Below the pieces are notes generated by a model. It had not been told where the DNA came from. It made no database searches and worked only from the letters and a program-made list of their open reading frames with translations. Of a DNA stretch of 60,965 bases, positions 1 through 9,989 are shown piece by piece. The first letter of the stretch is position 1, and each line of letters begins with the position of its first letter. The stretch is from Candidatus Bathyarchaeia archaeon (GTDB taxonomy: Archaea > Thermoproteota > Bathyarchaeia > Bathyarchaeales > Bathycorpusculaceae), in NCBI GenBank assembly GCA_038882955.1, contig JAVZNC010000007.1:1-60965 (forward strand), given 5' to 3'. Position numbers and translations under genes: made by a program.

Positions 1-1
1 A

Positions 2-250
2 AACGTCCAAGTCACATTGGACAACCAGCCCATAAACTTCCAAATAACGCAAGTCGGCAGCAACGCCCAAATCTATGTGGAATACCATCACAGCTTCCAC
101 GAGTTAACAGCGCATCTGCAAGGCGGCGGTGGCAGTGGCATCGGCGGCGTGGACTTAACGGGTTTCATGAATTACTGGTGGATAATACTGTCAGTTGTCA
201 TCGTAGCGGTTGCATCTGTGATAGCTGCAATAATCGTGAAACGCGGATGA
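2..250 (+). CDS. C-terminal part of a membrane-anchored surface protein (5' truncated by window)
   Basis: Frame is open from position 2. Beta-rich segment, Gly linker, then a C-terminal hydrophobic helix with a basic tail (IIVKRG). Confidence 0.7.
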   Translation, partial: NVQVTLDNQPINFQITQVGSNAQIYVEYHHSFHELTAHLQGGGGSGIGGVDLTGFMNYWWIILSVVIVAVASVIAAIIVKRG

Positions 251-265
251 TGGAGGGTCAACGTT

Positions 266-937
266 ATGAGTAAGGCAGTTGCTCTGGGAACAATTATCAT
301 CCTTTTTCTGCTCTGTTTAAGTTCGGTTTACGCTGCTGCGCAGTTAGGCGTTGAAGCAGGCGACTGGATAAAATGTGACTATGTTTCGGGCAATAATTTG
401 CCAAGCGACTTCATCCAATGGGTTAAAGTGGAGTGCCTATCAGCAACTGGAACAACCGCAACATTACGCGTGACAACACACTTCAGCAATGGTGCAGAAC
501 AGACTGAAATCATGACGTGTGATGTTGCCAGCGGCACTGGAAACGCGACTTTCCAAGCGCTTATACCAGCAAACTCGAAAGCCGGAGACACCATTCAAGC
601 GGTGGAAGGAAGCAGCGTAACTATTGCTGGTGAAAGAACAGGAACCTATGCCGGAGCAAGCAGAAACGTTGTCTACGCAAGCTTAACGCAAGGAGATATG
701 CAGTTCAGCTACTGTTGGGACAAGGAAACAGGAATCATCGTGGAAGTAACCTTAACCCAAGGCTCCATGTCAGCTACTTTCAAAGCAACAAGCACAAACA
801 TTTGGCAAGCATCATCGTCAAACCCGCTGCCAATGCCAAGCCTACCAATAGAAATGCTCTCCATCAGCGTCTCAGTAATAGTGGCAATAGCCATAGTGGC
901 AACAGCATTAATCTACACCAAGCATAAGAGAAGCTAA
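266..937 (+). CDS. Secreted, C-terminally membrane-anchored hypothetical protein
   Basis: GGAGG RBS, N-terminal signal peptide, Pro-rich linker, C-terminal TM helix plus basic tail. Confidence 0.8.
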   Translation: MSKAVALGTIIILFLLCLSSVYAAAQLGVEAGDWIKCDYVSGNNLPSDFIQWVKVECLSATGTTATLRVTTHFSNGAEQTEIMTCDVASGTGNATFQALIPANSKAGDTIQAVEGSSVTIAGERTGTYAGASRNVVYASLTQGDMQFSYCWDKETGIIVEVTLTQGSMSATFKATSTNIWQASSSNPLPMPSLPIEMLSISVSVIVAIAIVATALIYTKHKRS

Positions 938-1137
938 AACTTAAACTCGGAAAAACCAAAAATCCCGTCTTTTTATCATGCCCATGCTAGAAAGAACACG
1001 AAGTTCCTAAAAAAGAATAGTTCATAAGAAGACTTCCATTAGTCATCGTTAACAGAATAATGAAAGAGAATATTTAACGTTGAGATTTGTATGCAGAAAA
1101 AAGAGGGTGATGAAAGAAAATGGGATTGGATGCTGTT

Positions 1138-3185
1138 TTACATTTTATACATGTTGCATCCTTCGATTGTGAAGATGTAGCCGTTTATTTGGCTTGTTGG
1201 GTATGGCATTATGAATGTTAAGTCTATTGTTTCTAGTAGAAGTATTTGCGCTTTAACGTCGTCGCTTAGTAGTAGCTGTGGCAGAACATTTCCAAGTCTG
1301 CTGTGTTCAGCCTTAACTAACGGGCATAAATAGCGATTTCCATTGCTGTCAACAGCATAAAGCTTCGCTTGGTCTATGACTGATTCTGAGAAGTTTAAGC
1401 CAAGCCAGCCTTCTTGCAATCGAATTTTTGCCTTGAAGTCTTTAACCGCTAGGTCTTGCTTTGCTATGGGGACCTCCCTTGTAATATCTTCGCCTGTCGA
1501 GTTGTGAATGTCTATGACGCCGTAGTCCACCCATAATGAGCCGTTCCAAACAAAAAGCGTTGGGCACGGCAGGTCTCCGCCTCCACCACCGCCACCATTA
1601 ATGCCAAAATACGCTGTTAAAGTGTGGTCAGAATCCATTTTAATGGTTATTGGGTTTTGATAGTAGACGGTTCCGTCTAAAATCCAGAAGTCAAAATGCC
1701 AACCTGAGTATGAAATTGCGGTAACAGTCACGGAAGAGCCCTTTTCATAAGCGTAGGTTCCAGGAGCAGGATTGGTGGTGCCGCCTGCAGAAGACGATAT
1801 GGAAAGCTTGGAACCTATGTGCATTTCTAGAGTTGCAGACGTGGAAAGTGTGTAGATTCCATCATTAGTCAAGTCCCTGTACCATGCCTCCGCAGTTATC
1901 GTGAGAACATGATCCCTATTGTTAGCATCGATTAGCGACCATTCGATGGTTGCTGCCAGTGTGCTGTCGAAGGGTTTACAGTAGATTATGGAGCGATTCT
2001 CAAGCCAGCATTGGGCCCAAACATAAGCCTCATTATCGCTTTCCCAAGCGTCCTTAACACCTCCCCATGAACCATCTGTGTATGGTCGTGAAAGATCATT
2101 CGCTAATACCCAAGCAAAGTCTGCGCCGATGAGTAAAACATTCCACATTATGCCCGCCTTAAGCAGCGCCAAACTTGCGGCGGCGCTTATAGCAGCCTCA
2201 TAAGTGTCTCCAAAAGGATTTTGGTATTCCTTTAATATGACGTTATAACCTCCTATGTACGTTCTAAGAAAATCGATCTTGGCATAGTTATCCGATTTTG
2301 TTAGTTTTATGTATAGCCTTTCTAGTCTATATCCTTTAGTTGGATATGTGAATTCGAGGCAGGCTTGGTTGTGTAGGTTGTTGTAGTCGTAGGCTGTGCC
2401 TTTCCTGCCGACTTGGTCCTCGACTCCCACTACGGTTGGGTAACTCTTTGTTATGCTCTTATACTGAAAAACTATCGCGTTATGGAAATCGCTGCTGCCC
2501 CATCCTTGACGGATCTGTATGAGTAGCTGGAAGGTTTGGGGGTCACCATTGTCGTCTGGAACGTTGTTCCAGCTTACAACAAAGTAGTATCGTCCTCTCC
2601 AGTAGACATTGCGCCCATAAGTTATTGATCCGCCCAACTCTGGATGTAGATTTCTCCAGAAAACCGCTATAACAGGATTGGGCTCACTAATGCTCGGAAT
2701 ACTCTGCGGGTTCGGATTTATAGCAGTTTTATTTAGGGTTATAAAGCCGTTGCTACAAACCCAAATGCTCTCATACTCAACACCATAATATAGGAAAATG
2801 AACCCTAATGGAATCTCAACACCACCATCATCAACAGTTATCCCAGTCGGCTCAAAAACATCAACCCACTGATAATTATAATCCTCATAATAAACATCAT
2901 ATTGGATACCCACTCGGGTATTCGCAGAAACACTAACCTCAAATGAAAGATGATCATTATAATTATAAGCAGGATCATTTTCAGAGTATTGACCAATATG
3001 TACACCCATATCTACATCAGCTAAACCATCATTCATGCTTTTCCCAATAGTTTCATCATACATTGTATATGTGGGTGGTCTGACTTAGACCAGTCATAGG
3101 AGGCCGCCCTTGCTGGAAGAATAAGGAAACCGCATAATAGCATGGCAATCAAAATTATGCTAAAAAAAGCATTTTTCCTTTTCAT
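1138..3185 (-). pseudogene. Large secreted multidomain protein (nidogen-like region, InlB B-repeat-like module, Gly linker, C-terminal CPxL(F)xWxG domain), frameshifted near the 5' end
   Basis: ATG at 3185 overlaps the upstream stop (ATGA) and encodes the signal peptide MKRKNAFFSIILIAMLLCGFLILPARA. This is out of frame with the 641-aa ORF 1138..3063, with the shift near 3085-3095. FYG/SNG/IAVFWxxL/FQL motifs are nidogen-like. Confidence 0.65.
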
Positions 3186-3829
3186 GCTCCAGTCCCGACC
3201 ATGTTGAGTTGGAAGGGCTGAACAACCTTGTTGTATGCCGTGCCATTGTAATAGATCATTTCAAAAGTTATGTCGAGCCGATGTGATTGAGTATTAACAG
3301 TTAATAAACTCCACTCTACTGCTGATTCAGCGTGGATGTTATTTTTTTGGTTTATGCTCTTCAATTTAATGTAAGCTTGAGTTTTCCATTCATGGCCATC
3401 TTCCAAAGCTTCAAGAGAAAGGTTTTCAAGCTTAAAATATGTCCTCATCCAACATACTTTAGATAGGAAATCTTTTTGAAATAGGATGTAAATGTTCTCT
3501 ATGTGGCCGGGATACTTAGCCATGGCATCGATCACTAAGGCCATGGAAAGGTGATCATTACCATTATAGGCTGAATCATTCTCATGATAGATCCCGAAAA
3601 TAATGGTCATATTTGCGAGGAGCTCGTCATCGATATACGACGCGTTTAGCCTATTATCTATATAGACAGATGTACTGGGTCTTTGAAATGTCCATGTTAT
3701 TGGTTTTAAGGTTGTGTTCTCTGCGATTTTTATCTCCTTTGTGTTCAGCGCAAGTATCAAAAGTATAATTAACAAAACAGCACCAATAAAACCAAAGGAT
3801 ACCTTCTTATCCCACTCAAGCCTCTTCAT
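3182..3829 (-). CDS. Membrane-anchored exported hypothetical protein, paralogous to part of the downstream gene
   Basis: N-terminal TM helix. Shares YxENDxAYNxNDHLS and EWSL motifs with 1138..3063. ATG at 3829 is the likely start. Confidence 0.75.
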   Translation of the reverse strand: MKRLEWDKKVSFGFIGAVLLIILLILALNTKEIKIAENTTLKPITWTFQRPSTSVYIDNRLNASYIDDELLANMTIIFGIYHENDSAYNGNDHLSMALVIDAMAKYPGHIENIYILFQKDFLSKVCWMRTYFKLENLSLEALEDGHEWKTQAYIKLKSINQKNNIHAESAVEWSLLTVNTQSHRLDITFEMIYYNGTAYNKVVQPFQLNMVGTGA

Positions 3830-4068
3830 CGGTTTTCTTCTTTTTTTAATTTTATCCAACTATAAATGTATTTAAATTAAAATTTAAAATTTTCCATGCA
3901 TTCTTCGCGCCCAACTTAGTTTTAACGCATCCATAAAACTCTTCTTTACTGTTAGTCGCTGTTAACGGAAAAACAGCTTGAAATTCAGGGATATGTGAAA
4001 AGTATTTAATGGTAAGGTTTTGTATAAAGTCTTAAGTGCATAATATAACTCTTCGAGTTTGATTTGGT

Positions 4069-7000
4069 ATGGGTTGGGAAGCTGAGGTCGAGAGCAAGCT
4101 TCATCATTATATTTTTAGTGTTTTGGAGAAGAGGGGCTTTACTGTTGACGGTGTGAGGTTTGAAGAGCCTAAAACTCAGTTTCCTGTTAATGGGCGTAGG
4201 GCGGATTTAGCGGTTATTTTGGCTGAGGGCAAAAAGCCGCTTTTGATTATTGAGACTAAGAGGAAATATGAGGAGAAGGGCTATTACCGTGCTGTCCGCA
4301 ACATAATGCCCACGAACCGTGTCGTTATTGACCAGGCTTTGTGGTATGCCATCTATTCTGGTGCGCTCTATTTTGCAACTACGAATGGCAGAGTTTTCGC
4401 CTTATTTAGAAGGCCTGAGGCTGGCGAAAAGTTTTCTTTTGATACTCATCGGATTTTGGTTAGAGAACGTATAACCATCAATGAGGAGTTTGCTGAGGAG
4501 ATTCTTGTTACTGTTGCAAGGCTTTATAGGCAGGTTCCTGTGGCTGTTACTCCGCTTGACTGGTCTTTTATTGTTGTGCTTAGGGATTTTGTGACATGGC
4601 TTTCGGAGGCTATTGAACCATTAATTCGTAAGAAGCTTAAGACGGATGAGGAGTTTAAGGCTCAATATGAAAAGTTTGCGGAAGAGGTCGGCTACAAGCC
4701 TGATGCGACGCAGTTGGCTAAGGAAATGGCTTACGTTTTTATGAACAAGATTGTCTTTTACAAAGTTTTGGAGAGGCATTTCAAAGAGCTGGGCGAACGT
4801 AAGCTTAAGCCTATTACGGCGCCTGATGCTAAAGCCTATTTGGATTTGCTGTATCGTTATTTTGCTAAGGCTGTTGAGGTTACTGGCGATTTTGAGCCTG
4901 TGTTTTATACGGGGATTTATGATGAGATTGAGCTTCCAGACGACCCGTTTGTGCTTGAGGGCATTAATGCGTTTATTGAGGATATGGAGCATCATAGGCT
5001 TGAGGATTTAGGCTCGGATATTGTCGGCTTTATCTACGAGGAGCTTATTCCAGCCGCTGAAAGACACGCTCTTGGACAGTTTTACACACCGCCAGCTATA
5101 GCGGAGCTTATTACGAAGTGGGCTGTGCGTAATGCTGAAGACAATATTTTAGACCCTGGCTGTGGTTCCGGAACGTTCCTCGTTAAGGCTTATAAACATC
5201 TGTTGGAGTTGAAGGGTTACCGAGAACCTACGGAAAGGGTGCATAAGGAAATTCTACGCCAACTTTATGCTTTTGATATTAACTCATTTCCATTGCATTT
5301 GACCGCATTAAACTTGTCTTCGCGTTATATTAGAGCACCTTCAACGGAAGTGAATACCATTCATACTGATTTTTTTAGAGTCGAGGCTGAACAGAAAGTT
5401 GTCACCCCATATGCTGTTAAGACACTTGCAGGAGAAGTAAAGCGCGAAATACCAATTCCAAAGTTTGACGCTGTTATTGCAAATCCACCATACACAAGGT
5501 GGGTGGAAATGCCAAGAAAAACTAAGGACGCAATAATCGATGCTATTGGTGAGTGGCTGAAAAGGTATGGTTTAAGCGGTGGGATTGCGAACGAGACTGG
5601 AATTTATGTTCATTTTATAATGCATGCCTACAAATTTCTAAAAAAGAATGGTAAACTTGGGATGATAATTTCTAACAGTTGGCTACAATCAGATTATGGA
5701 ATAAATTTCGCAAACTTTTTGCTAGATAATTTCAAGGTTAAGGCTATTATCGACTTTAACCAAAGGCTCTTTAGAATACCATTAATAGCTACTTGCGTTT
5801 TGCTGCTTGAAAAAGAAGACGACCAAAAAGAAAGAGAACATAACCAAGCCACATTTATCTATGTAGACAGAGAGGCACAAGTGGAAGAAATTCTTCAAGC
5901 AATTGAAAACCCAAACAGATGGAAAGAGAGTTTTCTAATAAACGTAGTGGAGCAAAAAAGTCTTCCAAGAGGAGAAAAATGGATAAAACTACTGTTTAAA
6001 ACGGATGAATTGGAAAAAGCCCTTTTAACTTTACCCTTAATAACACGAATGGAAGCCTTGTTTATTCCTCGCTACGGAAACATATCTGGCGTTTCAGCAC
6101 GAGGCGGAACCGGAGCTGACAAATTCTTTTATTTAACCAAAGAAGACGCTCAAAAATGGGGATTAACAAAGGATTACTTGTATCCACTCCTTATAAGCCC
6201 ACGTTACAGCAAATACTTTACATTTTCAGAAAAAGACTGGAGAAAAGTAAACCTTGAAAATAAGCCTTGCTACGTATTTATCTGTCACAAGCCGAAGTCA
6301 AAACTGCCTAAAAATATAGTCTCATTTATCGAATGGGGCGAGACAACACCCCTTGTGCGAGTCAAAGAAGGAGAAAAGTCCAAAACAGCAAATCAATCTA
6401 CAGCATCAAAAATGAGGGAGAAAAACAAAAGCCTCTTCGGATGGTTTGATCTAGGAGAAATTATAGATACAAACATTTTCACAATGCGCCGAGCTCAATA
6501 TTTCCACAGGTTCATTTCAACACATATGCCCATAGCATTTGATGATAGCCTAATAACTTTAGTCGCTAAGGACAAAACCAACTTAACACAGGATAAGATT
6601 GACGCTCTACTCGCATACCTCAATTCTGACTTCACGCGTTTCTTCATCGAGATTTACGGAAGATCCACAGGAGGAGGAGTAATAGAACTAGATATCAACT
6701 CTCTCGCCCGACTTCCTATATTAAATGTCAACGCACTAGAAAAAGGACAGCTGAAAAAATTAAGTGAATTATTTAAAGAACTAGAACTAGAGGCAAGGAA
6801 AACTAAAGGTGTCGACACTCAGGAAAATCTCGAATACGTACAGAAGATTATAGATAAGATAGATAATAGCATTGCCCGCGTCCTCGGTCTTGAAGAGAAA
6901 TTTGTAGAACATTTACGAATAATTGTCAAAATCATGGCGGAAAGAAGAATTGCTAGAACTTTGGAAGCCAAACCAGAAGCCGTGAAAGGCGAGGAAGAGC

Positions 7001-7080
7001 CACGAATAAGACCGCCAAAAAAGCTTGAGAAGGAACCCTCGAAAGAACCCACTGTCCCGTTAGATAAATTCCTTACTTAA
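4069..7080 (+). CDS. Type IIG restriction-modification enzyme (fused endonuclease, N6-adenine methyltransferase and TRD)
   Basis: N-terminal AD...IETK nuclease motif, GQFYTP, motif I ILDPGCGSGTFL, motif IV NPPY, C-terminal TRD-like region. Confidence 0.9.
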   Translation: MGWEAEVESKLHHYIFSVLEKRGFTVDGVRFEEPKTQFPVNGRRADLAVILAEGKKPLLIIETKRKYEEKGYYRAVRNIMPTNRVVIDQALWYAIYSGALYFATTNGRVFALFRRPEAGEKFSFDTHRILVRERITINEEFAEEILVTVARLYRQVPVAVTPLDWSFIVVLRDFVTWLSEAIEPLIRKKLKTDEEFKAQYEKFAEEVGYKPDATQLAKEMAYVFMNKIVFYKVLERHFKELGERKLKPITAPDAKAYLDLLYRYFAKAVEVTGDFEPVFYTGIYDEIELPDDPFVLEGINAFIEDMEHHRLEDLGSDIVGFIYEELIPAAERHALGQFYTPPAIAELITKWAVRNAEDNILDPGCGSGTFLVKAYKHLLELKGYREPTERVHKEILRQLYAFDINSFPLHLTALNLSSRYIRAPSTEVNTIHTDFFRVEAEQKVVTPYAVKTLAGEVKREIPIPKFDAVIANPPYTRWVEMPRKTKDAIIDAIGEWLKRYGLSGGIANETGIYVHFIMHAYKFLKKNGKLGMIISNSWLQSDYGINFANFLLDNFKVKAIIDFNQRLFRIPLIATCVLLLEKEDDQKEREHNQATFIYVDREAQVEEILQAIENPNRWKESFLINVVEQKSLPRGEKWIKLLFKTDELEKALLTLPLITRMEALFIPRYGNISGVSARGGTGADKFFYLTKEDAQKWGLTKDYLYPLLISPRYSKYFTFSEKDWRKVNLENKPCYVFICHKPKSKLPKNIVSFIEWGETTPLVRVKEGEKSKTANQSTASKMREKNKSLFGWFDLGEIIDTNIFTMRRAQYFHRFISTHMPIAFDDSLITLVAKDKTNLTQDKIDALLAYLNSDFTRFFIEIYGRSTGGGVIELDINSLARLPILNVNALEKGQLKKLSELFKELELEARKTKGVDTQENLEYVQKIIDKIDNSIARVLGLEEKFVEHLRIIVKIMAERRIARTLEAKPEAVKGEEEPRIRPPKKLEKEPSKEPTVPLDKFLT

Positions 7081-7310
7081 CTGAAAATTTCTTCTGTTAG
7101 TTGCAGTTAATCGAAAGGTTGAAAATAAGACAAAAATTTAATTCTGTTAAAAAACAGAAAAAATTGGGGTGCGCGGGAGAAATCACCAGTAAAATTTGAA
7201 GCTAGGGCAACCCCGCCTTGTTTTTCATCAACCTCGCAGGGTTTTGTGAGGTTTTTCATGGTTGTTTTTGCTTGGTTTTCTTGACCCCGTAGTTTTGTGT
7301 ATTTTCTTTC

Positions 7311-7560
7311 TTATTTGCGTTTTCGGAAGAATAGTATGTCGTCTTTCTGGCAGACGTATTCGAAGCCCACTGCGAGCAGCTGTTTGATTTCTTCTTTGTT
7401 GTTTGTGGCTGTTACGTTGTATTCGTCGTCGTTGGTTAGTCCGAATATGGCTTGTTCGACTTGTATGCAGAGGAGTGTGTTTTCGAGGCTTGCGTGTCCG
7501 AGGTATTCTTTTACGAGGAGTATGTTTTTTGTTTGGTGGTATAGTGTTGTTGCTTTCTTC
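7311..7560 (-). pseudogene. Tyrosine integrase C-terminal remnant
   Basis: KATTLYHQTKNILLVKEYLGHASLENTLLC matches the recombinase box II LGH motif. The expected catalytic Tyr is Cys, and HxxR and the N-terminal part are missing. Confidence 0.75.
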
Positions 7561-7722
7561 GTCCAGGTCTGTTCATTTGAGTTTGGTTGCTTCTCCTCGT
7601 GTACCTCGACGAGGAAACTCGCGCCTAATGGAATGTATTGTAGCTTAGTGGAATACCAAATCATTAATTAAATTCTTTTTCTCTAGCTTCTCAAAGGTTA
7701 AACAGCCAAGAGAAGGTTCAAC

Positions 7723-8601
7723 TTGAAAATTGGAATAGCAACAAGAAATAGGAATTCTTGGAGTTCAGCCCAGATCAGAGAAGCCCTAACAAGGCGTGGT
7801 ATACAGCATATCTGTTTTAGTTTTCCGCGATTGGCTGCGCGTGTTGCATACACACCAAAACTAAGTGTGGGCAATGTCAATCTCCTAGAGGATTTGGATG
7901 CTTTGATAATTCGCCCGATTGGGAGGGGCTCCCTAGAAGAAATAGTCTTCAGAATGGATGCGCTTTACAAAATTGAACGCAACGGCATTTACGTTGTAAA
8001 TCCGCCTGAAGCCATAGAACATTGCGTTGACAAATACGACATTTTGGCAATTCTCGAGGAGAAAGGCGTACCCGTGCCAAAAACCGCGGTAACGGAAAAC
8101 GTTGAACAAGCCATAAGGGCTTTCCATGAACTAGGCGGAGACGTTGTCGTAAAACCCTTATTTGGCTCACGCGGAATTGGTTCAACACGCATAAGAGACG
8201 CCGAAGTCGCGTCAACAATTTTTAGGGCGCTAAACTTTCACCACAATGTGCTGTACATACAAGAGTTCGTGCCCCACGGCTTTTCCGATATCCGTGCACT
8301 GGTAGTTGGCAACAACGTTGTCGCTGCCATGCGCCGCGTTGCAAACAGTTGGAAAACAAACTACAGCCAAGGAGCCCGCCCAGAACCAGCCAAACTCGAA
8401 AGTGCATTAGAGGAATTAGCCATAAAATCTGCTGAGCTTATAGGCTGCAAAATCGCGGGAGTCGACATACTGGAGGGAAAAAATGGACCATTAATTGTTG
8501 ACGTTAACAGTCAGCCTGGATGGAGAGGCTTGCAATCTGTTACGGATTTTAACATCGCCGATAAAATCGTTGACTTTATCCTTTCAGATATGAGAAGGTA
8601 G
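7723..8601 (+). CDS. RimK-family ATP-grasp alpha-L-glutamate ligase (MptN-like)
   Basis: DK..., VPKT, VVKPLFGSRGIG, YIQEF, DIR, GVDI, DVNSQPGW ATP-grasp motifs. Confidence 0.88.
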   Translation: MKIGIATRNRNSWSSAQIREALTRRGIQHICFSFPRLAARVAYTPKLSVGNVNLLEDLDALIIRPIGRGSLEEIVFRMDALYKIERNGIYVVNPPEAIEHCVDKYDILAILEEKGVPVPKTAVTENVEQAIRAFHELGGDVVVKPLFGSRGIGSTRIRDAEVASTIFRALNFHHNVLYIQEFVPHGFSDIRALVVGNNVVAAMRRVANSWKTNYSQGARPEPAKLESALEELAIKSAELIGCKIAGVDILEGKNGPLIVDVNSQPGWRGLQSVTDFNIADKIVDFILSDMRR

Positions 8602-8620
8602 AAGATGGAGCGCCCCCCGA

Positions 8621-9403
8621 TTGAAGCGGGTAAAAATTGTTAAATTTGACCTTTCAACTGGAAATGTACAGAAAAAATTTGATTATGTGGCAGAAGAAAA
8701 GCCTCTGCACATCTACATAAACAGAAAGCATTACGCAACAATTCCGTGTTCGCCATCAAAACTCAAGGAGCTAGCCGTAGGGCACCTGCTATCACAAGGC
8801 ATAGTAAAAGCTGTAGACGAAATCGAAGAAATAAACCTGAAAAATCATGGAGTATGCCAAGTAAAGCTAAGACCAAAAATCAACTTGAAAAGTAGGCTAA
8901 AGCTTGCAAAGCTCTATTCACGCGTAACCTCATCTGCTTGTGGAAGCGCTTTGCCCTACACTTTTGTGGGTAAAACGCCAAAAGTCGCGTCAAACCTTAA
9001 AGTGAAAGCGCAAATAATCAAAGAAAGCGCAAAAAACCTAAACATTATCGCTGAAACTTTTAGAAAAACAGGCGGCGTTCACGCAGCAGCCATACACAAA
9101 AGCGACGGTGCAATTGTGGCTTTCGCCGAAGATGTTGGAAGGCATAACGCCGTGGACAAAGTCATTGGAACTGCCGTTCTAAACAGAGTAGACTTTAACA
9201 ATTGTTTTCTCACGTTAAGCGGGAGACTAACAGCAGACATCGTGACAAAAGCGGCAAGAACAAACATTCCAATAGTAGCCTCAATAGCCGCCGCGCTGGA
9301 CTCGGGAATAGCTATTGCAAAAAAAGCAAACATTACGCTTGTCGGGTTTGTCCGCGGAAACCGCATGAACGTCTATAACGCGCCTGAAAGAATTCTTCCA
9401 TGA
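8621..9403 (+). CDS. fdhD: Formate dehydrogenase accessory sulfurtransferase FdhD
   Basis: SSACG, TGGVHAA, EDVGRHNAVDKVIG, SGR, GFVRG. Confidence 0.93.
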   Translation: MKRVKIVKFDLSTGNVQKKFDYVAEEKPLHIYINRKHYATIPCSPSKLKELAVGHLLSQGIVKAVDEIEEINLKNHGVCQVKLRPKINLKSRLKLAKLYSRVTSSACGSALPYTFVGKTPKVASNLKVKAQIIKESAKNLNIIAETFRKTGGVHAAAIHKSDGAIVAFAEDVGRHNAVDKVIGTAVLNRVDFNNCFLTLSGRLTADIVTKAARTNIPIVASIAAALDSGIAIAKKANITLVGFVRGNRMNVYNAPERILP

Positions 9404-9404
9404 A

Positions 9405-9989
9405 TTAGTTTATCTTAATTGTTAAGTCCATGAGAGCGGCTAACCTTTCAGTTAGTTGCTTCTCCCTTTTGCTTATTCCAGTTCCAAAATCTCTTGAAAG
9501 TCTCTCGCCATAATATGCTGTGGCTAAAAATGTTTTAGCCAATTTTGCGCATTCCAAGATTTTTTCCAACGCGCCTAAATGAAGGTATATTGTGACATCG
9601 TTTATGATGAGGGTTTCCGTTGGTTTTTTAATGTACTCGTCGAGTAGCGGTTCAATAGCCTTCTTGTTCGCCTCTGCATAATGGAGAATTTCATCCCGCG
9701 ATTTCCCAGTTAACCTTGGCGTGTAAATTTTCGATGGTGAAAGATAATGGATTCCATGGGCTAAATTCACATAGTCTTTTATTTTTCCGCCCGCTCCCTC
9801 AGTTCTTTCTGGGGCTAAATCGATAATAGTTATCTTCTCCGGGTTTGTGAGAAGCGTTAGTTCTTGAAGAAGTTTGGCTGCCAGTCTAGTCTTTCCAGAG
9901 CCAACTTCACCCAGTATCAGCACTCTTTTCCCGATAATGTCTTTGCCGTTCAACTTTGCCTCGCGTTTGTTATTCTCCAAAAAGGACAT
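9405..9989 (-). CDS. Small P-loop NTPase of unknown function
   Basis: Walker A GEVGSGKT, Walker B-like LIIND. Overlaps the thiW stop. Confidence 0.75.
   Translation of the reverse strand: MSFLENNKREAKLNGKDIIGKRVLILGEVGSGKTRLAAKLLQELTLLTNPEKITIIDLAPERTEGAGGKIKDYVNLAHGIHYLSPSKIYTPRLTGKSRDEILHYAEANKKAIEPLLDEYIKKPTETLIINDVTIYLHLGALEKILECAKLAKTFLATAYYGERLSRDFGTGISKREKQLTERLAALMDLTIKIN

Noticed and set aside
7165-7205. GGTGCGCGGGAG...AAATTTGAA as a possible tRNA-derived att site
   Set aside because: Only loosely like a reversed tRNA 3' end. The spacing is wrong and it does not match any tRNA in the window.
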